Part shown: piece after piece, positions 1-6,474 of the stretch | Layout of the letters: every line of letters begins with the position of its first letter | Position numbering within the stretch: the stretch's first letter is position 1 | NCBI RefSeq assembly: GCF_006345805.1 | Contig: NW_021828453.1 | Coordinates: 1 to 8,354, forward strand | Source of the DNA: Octopus sinensis | Taxonomy: Eukaryota | Length of the DNA stretch: 8,354 nt | Direction: 5' to 3' | Position numbers and translations under genes: made by a program | The notes under the pieces: generated by a model | Seen by the model: the letters and a program-made list of their open reading frames with translations, nothing else | Told to the model about the DNA's origin: nothing | Database searches by the model: none

Positions 1-24
1 AATAATAATAATAACAATAATAAT
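1..24. repeat. (AAT)n microsatellite, probably the 3' tail of the minus-strand SINE at 26-221
   Basis: AATAATAATAATAACAATAATAAT abuts the 3' end of SINE-A copy 1. Truncated by the window edge. Confidence 0.85.
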
Positions 25-25
25 A

Positions 26-221
26 TTTTCTCTAAAGGTACAAGGCCTGAAATTCTGGGACAGGTATCAAGTCGACTCTATCCACCTCAGTTCATGACTG
101 GTACTTAATTTATCGACCCCGAAAGAATGAAAGGCAAAGTCGACCTCGGCAGAATTTGAACCCTGAACGTAATGGCAGATGAAATATCGCAAAGCATTTT
201 GCTCGGCGTTATAACGATTCT
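26..221 (-). mobile_element. tRNA-derived SINE, family A copy 1 (A-box end missing)
   Basis: Aligns along its length with 222-420 (shared AATTTATCGACC..GAAAG.ATGAAAGG.AAAGTCGACCTCGGCAGAATTTGAACCC). The reverse complement contains a B-box-like GGGTTCAAATTC. Resembles octopus tRNA-derived SINEs; exact family name not assigned. Confidence 0.85.
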
Positions 222-436
222 TTTCTACTCTAGGCACACAACGCCCGAAATTTTGGGGAAGGGAGCCAGTCGATTTGATCGACCCCAGGACACAACTGGT
301 ACGTAATTTATCGACCTTGAAAGGATGAAAGGGAAAGTCGACCTCGGCAGAATTTGAACCCAGAACGTAAAGACAGATGAAATGCCGCCAAGAATTTTGC
401 CCAGCGTGCTAACGATTCTGTCAGCTCACCGACCTT
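222..436 (-). mobile_element. tRNA-derived SINE, family A copy 2 (near full length)
   Basis: The reverse complement starts GGTGAGCTGACAGAATCGTTAGCACGC (A-box-like) and contains GGGTTCAAATTCTGCCGAGG (B-box-like). About 85% identical over about 87 nt to the plus-strand copy at 712-798 by manual alignment. Confidence 0.9.
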
Positions 437-514
437 GGGATTTGAACTCCGAATAACGAAACGTTGCTAAGCATTTACCCCAGCGTACTAACGTCTTTAC
501 CAGCTCGCTGCCTT
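437..514 (-). mobile_element. SINE family A copy 3, diverged tRNA-like head fragment
   Basis: ATTTGAACTC...GCTAAGCATTT.CCC.AGCGTACTAACG...CCAGCTCGCTGCCTT parallels 354-436 with an internal deletion. Confidence 0.75.
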
Positions 515-690
515 CATATATACATAATATAGACATAAACATACTCGGAGACAAAGACATACACACATGCTTACAAATAGCAATACCATCGACCCCCAAA
601 CATTTACACAGAAATAGACACATACATATACACACGCACGCGCGCGCAACCTAAAGCGGTTTAACTTACTCTTACTCGTTTACTCTTTTA

Positions 691-899
691 CTTGTGGGTT
701 GTAAAGAAATAGGTATTTCGTCTGTCGCTACGTTCTGAGTTCAAATTCCGCAGAGGTCGACTTTGCCTTTCAACCTTTCGGGATCGATAAATTAAGTACC
801 GGTGAAACACTGGGGTCGATGTAATCGACAATCCCTTTGTCTGTCTTTGTTTGTCCCCTGTCTGTTTAGCCCCTTGTGGGCAATAAAGAAATAAGAAGA
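691..899 (+). mobile_element. SINE family A-derived unit, plus strand, no A box, bounded by 21-bp direct repeats
   Basis: GGTATTTCGTCTGTCGCTACGTTCTGAGTTCAAATTCCGCAGAGGTCGACTTTGCC is the reverse complement of the body of copies 1 and 2. CTTGTGGGnnnTAAAGAAATA occurs at 691-711 and 873-893. Confidence 0.85.
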
Positions 900-1092
900 T
901 ATTGATGAATAAAAAGAAAAAGGTGAATGAGAAGGAGGAGGAGGAAGAGAAGAAGAAGATTCAGCAGTATTGTAACCTCTGTCGTCACCACTGCGACTAC
1001 GACTACGACTATTCTATTGTTGTTTATAAACAACATTATCACGTGCCATCATGAAAGCCTTTAACGAGTCGATATACCTTGCATATCTCTTG

Positions 1093-1111
1093 ATAATAAT
1101 AATAATGATAA

Positions 1112-1152
<41 letters not shown>

Positions 1153-1156
1153 AGTA

Positions 1157-1221
<65 letters not shown>

Positions 1222-1262
1222 AAGAAGAAGAAGAAGAAGAAGAAGAAGAAGAAGAAGAAGAA
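1093..1262. repeat. Compound trinucleotide microsatellite (AAT)n-(AGT)n-(AAT)n-(AAG)n
   Basis: Directly visible. The pure AAG run is about 1192-1260. Explains the three overlapping homopolymer ORFs. Confidence 0.98.
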
Positions 1263-1304
1263 AGGAAGGATGTTTGTGCATAACGCATCACACTCGCAGA
1301 TACG

Positions 1305-1365
1305 ACGAGATGGCTACGACTGGAGTGCCTTTCAGCAGATGGTCTAATGAATTAGAGCTGAACGT
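1305..1365 (+). repeat. Diverged copy of an unclassified ~70-bp interspersed motif
   Basis: GATGGCTACGACTGGAGTGCCTTT...TGGTC...GAGCTGA resembles 1595-1667 and the reverse complement of 1714-1787. Confidence 0.4.
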
Positions 1366-1374
1366 AATGGAAAC

Positions 1375-1532
1375 TACCACCGCCACCGCACCACAACCAC
1401 CACCACCACCACCACCTCTACCACCACCTCCACCACCATCACCATTATAATCATCGTCGTTGTCGTCATCGTCACCACTATATGATAATGATGATCATCA
1501 CCAACATCGTCATCGTCTTCATCGTTACCACT
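1375..1532. repeat. Degenerate (CAC)n followed by (CAT/CGT)n trinucleotide tract
   Basis: Directly visible. Confidence 0.9.
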
Positions 1533-1559
1533 GGATATTATACTCCTACATACACTATG

Positions 1560-1583
1560 AATAAAAAATAAATAAATAAATAA
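1560..1583. repeat. (AAAT)n
   Basis: Directly visible. Confidence 0.85.
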
Positions 1584-1594
1584 CAAGCGAGGCA

Positions 1595-1667
1595 GTCAGA
1601 ACTGGAGCGGCGTTGATCACAGGTCCGTTGGATCATAGGATTGTTCGACCCAGGGTTAAACAGCAAT
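1595..1667 (+). repeat. Copy of the unclassified ~70-bp interspersed motif
   Basis: GTCAGAACTGGAGCGGCGTTGATCACAGGTCCGTTGGATCA matches the reverse complement of part of 1714-1787 at 27 of 41 positions. Confidence 0.5.
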
Positions 1668-1713
1668 AAAACCAGTAAACTAGGAACAATAGTTTGCGTT
1701 TACTATATTCGTT

Positions 1714-1787
1714 GTATAGATCCAGCTCAGTCCTGATAGAGGGTACCAATGATCAATGACGTTCCACCCGTGACCATGCTGTCTATG
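1714..1787 (-). repeat. Inverted copy of the unclassified ~70-bp interspersed motif
   Basis: The reverse complement reads GACAGCATGGTCACGGGTGGAACGTCATTGATCATTGGTACCCTCTATCAGGACTGAGCTGGATCTATACAACG, homologous to the copies at 1305 and 1595. Confidence 0.5.
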
Positions 1788-2104
1788 TGTGTTAATAGTC
1801 CATTACCTCCGGTTTTCTTTTACCTTCTAGAAGGTAGAGTGTGCTCTGAGGGAACTTTGGTGCTCTTTCTAGCAAGTCAAAAGGCTGCGTAGATGCGCCT
1901 TCGTTGACTTCTGTAGGTGTGGGGGGGGGGAGAGAGGAAACGTGTGTGTCTGTTTCTATGTATGCGTGCTTGTGTGTCTATATGTGTGTGTGTGTTTGTG
2001 TGTGGTAAGTTGATAGTAAGTGGGTTGGATAGGTGTGTCACGGATCATGCCGGATCTAAGCGCGATATTTCTACTCCTACGCCACGGCTTCACTCATCAA
2101 ACTC

Positions 2105-2175
2105 CAACCAACGCCGCCGCTGCCACCACCGCCACCGCCACTACCGCCATTTCCAGCACCGCTACCACCACCATT
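2105..2175. repeat. Degenerate (CCA/CCG)n tract
   Basis: Directly visible. Confidence 0.8.
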
Positions 2176-2231
2176 GTACATCAGCGTTGTTTGGCCATGA
2201 TCGATTGCGTGGATGCCAGACGTTCGTGTTC

Positions 2232-2292
2232 TATGTATGTATGTATGTATGTATGTATGTATGTATGTATGTATACACACACACACACAAAC
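2232..2292. repeat. (TATG)n followed by (CA)n
   Basis: Directly visible. Confidence 0.95.
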
Positions 2293-2317
2293 ACGCATAT
2301 ATACATTTGTATATATA

Positions 2318-2480
2318 GGCGCTGGCGTGGTTGTGTAGTAAGAAGCTTGCTTCCCAACCACATGGTTCCGGGTTCAGTCCCATTGTGTGACACTTTGGCA
2401 AGTGACTTCTACTGTAGCCTCGGGCCAACCAAATCCTTGTGAGTGGACCTAGAAAAACGGAAACTGAAAGAAGTCCATCG
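2318..2480 (+). mobile_element. tRNA-derived CORE-like SINE, family B, 5' half
   Basis: Collinear with 5662-5825. A-box-like TGGTTGTGTAG, B-box-like GGTTCAGTCCC, then ACTTTGGCAAGTGACTT..AGCCTC, which resembles the start of the MIR/CORE domain. Confidence 0.9.
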
Positions 2481-2481
2481 G

Positions 2482-2504
2482 ATATATATATACATACATA
2501 TATA

Positions 2505-2550
<46 letters not shown>
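2482..2550. repeat. (TA)n microsatellite
   Basis: Directly visible. Sits where family B has its internal (TA)n(TG)n tract. Confidence 0.97.
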
Positions 2551-2551
<1 letters not shown>

Positions 2552-2555
<4 letters not shown>

Positions 2556-2680
2556 TAGGGTATCTACGAGATACCGCCATACTGAAAATAGCAGCCATGA
2601 TCTTACTCTAAAACCACCTTTTAGAGTCAGATCATGGCTGCTATTTTCAGCATGTTGGTATCTCGTAGATATCCTAAGTT
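2552..2680. repeat. Long near-perfect inverted repeat (62-bp arms, 5-nt loop CCACC)
   Basis: 2552-2613 pairs ungapped with 2619-2680: 57 Watson-Crick pairs, 2 G-T and 3 mismatches on the plus strand. Confidence 0.97.
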
Positions 2681-2848
2681 ATAAATTTAATTATTACATT
2701 TGAAGGTTATTATTTCCATGCTGGCCACTTGATAAGATCGTTATTTTATTTTAAATTAACGATCCTATCCTTACCTTCGAAACACGCATTGAGTTGAAAC
2801 AGGGGCAGCTGAAGAAAGGGAATATTCCTTGTATTGTTTGTCTTGTAC

Positions 2849-3021
2849 TCTGTTTTTTCGTTGTTAAAAAAAATTCCGTTTCCTTGTTTGATTTTATGTT
2901 TTCGTTTCTCGTTGTGTTCTACGTTTATTTGTGGTGTCCTGTACTCATATATGCATGTATATATACATATAGATGTAGGTATGTACATATATGTATGTAT
3001 GCATATGTTTTATTTATTAAA
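2849..3021 (+). repeat. Unclassified ~175-bp interspersed repeat, copy 1
   Basis: Reverse-complement match to 3596-3774. The core 2899-2947 versus 3679-3726 differs by 2 substitutions and 1 indel. Confidence 0.9.
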
Positions 3022-3094
3022 TTGTGTGTGTGTATATATATATATACACACACACATACATATATATATGCATATATATATGTATGTGTGTTTA

Positions 3095-3316
3095 TGCGTG
3101 TCTTTGTGTCTATGTTTGCCCTCCCTACCTCACTATCGTTGACAATAGATGTTGGTGTGTTTACGTTCCCGTAAACAAAAGAGACCGGTATAATAAGTAG
3201 CAGGGTTACAAAGAATAAATCCTGGAGTCAATTTTTTCGACTAAAAGGCCCTTTAAGGCGCTGGTCCAGCATGGCCGCAGTCATATGGCTGAAACAAGTG
3301 CTAGAATAAAAGAATA
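3095..3316 (+). mobile_element. SINE family B, 3' half
   Basis: Collinear with 5880-6098 (TTGACAA..GATG.TGGTGTGTTTA, AAAAGAGACCG, TTACAAAGAATAA, CCAGCATGGCCGCAGTCA..TG.CTGAAACAAGTG) with a short internal deletion. Confidence 0.9.
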
Positions 3317-3354
3317 TAGGACTACAAGGCGTTCTGAATTACAAGAGATTGAGG

Positions 3355-3418
3355 GAATGTAAGAATATAAGAATGTTAGAGTGTAAGAATGTAAGAATGT
3401 CAGAATGTAAGAATGTCA
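3355..3418. repeat. 8-bp tandem repeat (GAATGTAA) x8
   Basis: Units: gaatgtaa, gaatataa, gaatgtta, gagtgtaa, gaatgtaa, gaatgtca, gaatgtaa, gaatgtca. Confidence 0.95.
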
Positions 3419-3595
3419 TACACGAACAAATAAACTTATACATCTCTCTTAAACTTGGCAAAACAACAAATACAAAATAGATAAATAACAAATAAATAAA
3501 TAGAACCCCTCTCACGAAAATGTATATATATAAACCAGCTTAGAGAAGAAGAAGAAACGAAACGAATCGAATCGACGCTCCGTCATACAAAAGTG

Positions 3596-3774
3596 TAATA
3601 ATAAAATATGCATACATACAAACATATATGTAGCACCTACATCTACATGTATATATACATCATATAAATATATATACGTGAGTACAGGACACACAAATAG
3701 ACGTAGAACTCAACGAGAAACGAAAAAGTAAAAACAAGCATGGAACGACCATTTTTTTACAACGGAAAAACAGA
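3596..3774 (-). repeat. Unclassified ~175-bp interspersed repeat, copy 2 (inverted)
   Basis: Reverse complement of 2849-3021. Confidence 0.9.
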
Positions 3775-4073
3775 TATATATATATATCTATATATATATA
3801 TTATTATATATATATATATATATATGTATATATGCATACATGTATTCAAACATACATGCACGCACCATATATGCGTTTATTAACGCATATTAATGTGAAC
3901 TTATATATATGTATGTATATGCGTGCGCATATATGTATGTCTGAGTGTCTGTACATATGCATGTAAGCACGTATTCAAATATGTATGTATATACGTTTGT
4001 ATGTATGCGTGTGTGTGTGTATATATATGTATGTATTCGTGCGTGTTTGTGTGTGTGTTTGTATGTGTGTGTT

Positions 4074-4111
<38 letters not shown>

Positions 4112-4128
4112 CGTGTGTGTGTGTGTGT
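3775..4128. repeat. Mixed (TA)n/(TATG)n/(TG)n microsatellite field
   Basis: Directly visible. Source of the CVCV and HTHT ORFs. Confidence 0.93.
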
Positions 4129-4244
4129 ACTGTAGCCGTTAACAATAGCAAAGCCAACATGACTGTTGCTGACATATGTACAACCACGTGATCATCTGTT
4201 TACAATGTTTATCCAATGGGACTTCGTCTGTTGTCAATAACTTT

Positions 4245-4510
4245 CTACTTACCTATCTACGTACCAACCACCCGTACTACTTACATCCCATCTATTGTAA
4301 AGTCTTTTAACAACTCCCCGTCCCTCCACCCAAAGTTCACACCTTCCTACCTACCTATTTATCTACCTATCTACCTACATATATACATACACATGTACAT
4401 ACATACCGGCCTATCTCCCTGGTTAAGTACATGACTTCCTACAAATCTATCTACCTGCCAACCTAACTACCGAATTACCTATCGACCAATCTACCCGACT
4501 ATTTATCCGT
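4245..4510. repeat. Degenerate (CTAC/CTAT)n tetranucleotide tract
   Basis: Recurrent ACCT/ATCT/ACCA 4-mers. Confidence 0.75.
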
Positions 4511-4537
4511 CTCTTAGAAATGTCTGCTTCTCTGGTT

Positions 4538-4538
4538 G

Positions 4539-4571
<33 letters not shown>

Positions 4572-4604
4572 TTTTCTCTCTCTCTCTTTCTGTGTCTTCC
4601 TATC

Positions 4605-4635
<31 letters not shown>

Positions 4636-4800
4636 CTACCTTATCTCTTTACTTTTTTCATCTGAATCACACTTATAATCTTTTTCGAACAATTTTACTT
4701 ATCAATAATTCTCCCCCCTCTCTCTCTCTCCCTCACTCTCCCCTCCTTCTCTCTCTCTTTCTCTCTACTTCTGTTTTGTTCTCTCTCTCCCTCCATCATA
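4538..4800. repeat. (CT)n/(CTAT)n pyrimidine-rich low-complexity tract
   Basis: Directly visible. Confidence 0.9.
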
Positions 4801-5334
4801 CATACATACACCCATCCTTTCTTAAATACAAACACATATAATGTTACACTCTTCCAAAATACGCGCATACACATAGAATGACTCACCCTCTCAGACATGC
4901 ACGCACACTCACACATACGCAAGCATAATCTCCCTCTCATCTTATTCTTATATTCTTCTTTTCTTGCCAATTATTCATATATTCAATCATTCCTTCCTTA
5001 CTATCCATTTTAACTAAATATTCAATCTTCGCCCTCACTTTTCATTTGTTTTCTGTTTTCTCTTTTCCTATTTATTCTTTTTGCTTTTCCCTATCGTCTG
5101 CATCCTTCCATTTTTCTTTCTCGTTTCTCATTTTTTTAAAAATTACACTTTAATGCTTTATTTTATCTTTCTTAAATACAAACGCATTTACTATAATCCT
5201 CTTTTACTTGCTTCAACAGCAGTACAAATATTTGAAGTTTGGTAGTTATTTTATCGGACTTTTTTTTATTTTGCCGATTTGCTAAGTTACGAGCAGGTAA
5301 ACAAACTAAAACCCAGCCAAACACAAAGACTTAT

Positions 5335-5650
5335 TCTTCTACAAATTCATATAGACTTATGCTTGTACAAATTCACATAGATTCTGTGTTTTTTCCGCTC
5401 AGAATTGCTGATGCTTGGAATAAACTACCCGCATAAGTTGTTAGCTGTCGGGACACGACAGCCTTCAAAACTCCCATGCTTCCTGCATTTCGCCGACTAT
5501 ACACCTGATGCTACCCGCCTTTTCCTTTTTCTTTTTTTTTTTTTAACGACTCATTCACTGTTCACGTCTTGTGCGTCATTCCATGTACTACTCTTGCACT
5601 GCTTTTGGCTACATTTTCTGATGAGTTGTAGACCACTGTAAACGATAAGT
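5335..5650 (+). mobile_element. 3' end of a CR1/L2-group LINE: decayed ORF2 C-terminus plus putative 3' UTR
   Basis: The frame of ORF 5239..5436 reads TNSYRLMLVQIHIDSVFFPLRIADAWNKLPA*VVSCRDTTAFK, matching the FF-x-RV-xx-WN-x-LP-xx-VV-x(6)-FK signature of CR1/L2 ORF2 tails, with a premature TAA at 5434-5436. The frame closes at TGA 5506-5508. A small stem-loop GGCTACA..TGTAGACC lies at 5607-5634. The UTR boundary is approximate. Confidence 0.8.
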
Positions 5651-5661
5651 TTATATATACA

Positions 5662-6098
5662 GGCGCAGGAGTGGCTGTGTGGTAAGTAGCTTGCTTACCA
5701 GTCACATGGTTCCGGGTTCAGTCCCACTGCGTGGCACCTTGGGCAAGTGTCTTCTATTATAGCCTCGGGCCGACCAAAGCCTTGTGAGTGGATTTGGTAG
5801 ACGGAAACTGAAAAGAAGCCCGTCGTATATATTGTATACATATATATATATGCGTGTATGTGTGTGTGTGTGTGTGTGTATGTTTGTGTGTCTGTGTTTG
5901 TCCCCCTAGCATTGCTTGACAACTGATGCTGGTGTGTTTATGTCACCGTCACTTAGCAGTTCGGCAAAAGAGACCGATAGAATAAGTACTAGGCTTACAA
6001 AGAATAAGTCCCGGGCTCGAGTTGCTCGATTAAAGGCGGTGCTCCAGCATGGCCGCAGTCAAATGACTGAAACAAGTGAAAGAGAAAAGAGTAAAAAG
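5662..6098 (+). mobile_element. Full-length tRNA-derived CORE-like SINE, family B
   Basis: A-box-like TGGCTGTGTGG, B-box-like GGTTCAGTCCC, CORE-like ACCTTGGGCAAGT (5736-5748)..AGCCTC, internal (TA)n(TG)n, 3' module, and AAAGAG tail. Flanked by TATATA on both sides. Confidence 0.93.
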
Positions 6099-6122
6099 TA
6101 TATATATATATATATATATATA

Positions 6123-6158
<36 letters not shown>
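6099..6158. repeat. (TA)n(TG)n microsatellite
   Basis: Directly visible. Confidence 0.97.
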
Positions 6159-6160
<2 letters not shown>

Positions 6161-6474
6161 CGTTTCTCGTTTTGCCATCTGTGATTTTATTTTTGATCTT
6201 CTGCATAAATAAAGATATTTCCTCCGTCTGGCTGCTTTTCTCTCTTTCTGTCAACAAAACCGAAAGTTACATTGCGGAACAGTCATTCTAACGAGTTGTG
6301 TGTATCTATTACCCGACGAGATACATTTGCATCACCGGATACACCTGAACCAGTTGTTGAGTGTCCCAACCCAGAGGAACCGATGCTAGATGCGTCGAAA
6401 CTGTTGCCGTGAATAATAAATTCTCGTATATTCTATATTCCGTCTTTCATTTGCCATATATTGGACTTTCCTCT

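Noticed and set aside
1039-1586. ORFs 1039..1281, 1051..1347, 1061..1291 and 1374..1586 as genes
   Set aside because: They are homopolymeric translations of trinucleotide microsatellites, open on both strands, with no domain content.
3355-3418. Tandem repeats as a CRISPR array or bacterial feature
   Set aside because: No repeat-spacer structure, and the sequence is clearly eukaryotic.
3869-3890. 9-bp-arm hairpin ATATGCGTT-TATT-AACGCATAT
   Set aside because: It lies within a self-complementary TA/TG/CA microsatellite field where such stems are expected.
1917-4970. ORFs rich in CV, YI, HT or LS dipeptides
   Set aside because: They are translations of (TG)n, (TA)n, (CA)n and (CT)n tracts and of SINE pieces.
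5239-5436. 69-codon-scale ORF (65 aa) as a functional CDS
   Set aside because: Only its 3' part is meaningful, as a LINE ORF2 remnant interrupted by TAA. It uses a TTG start and has no upstream reverse transcriptase domain.
5618-5650. CTGATGAG as a hammerhead core
   Set aside because: There is no GAAA after a stem II (only GTAAAC) and no stem I or III. It lies in the loop of the LINE 3' stem-loop.
5662-5735. SINE heads here and at 2318, 222-436 as tRNA genes
   Set aside because: A/B-box-like motifs are present but no cloverleaf, and they run straight into repeat bodies.
6290-6412. Stop-free stretch NELCVSITRRDTFASPDTPEPVVECPNPEEPMLDASKLLP* as a host exon
   Set aside because: No convincing splice acceptor and no recognisable homology. 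It overlaps a probable repeat end.
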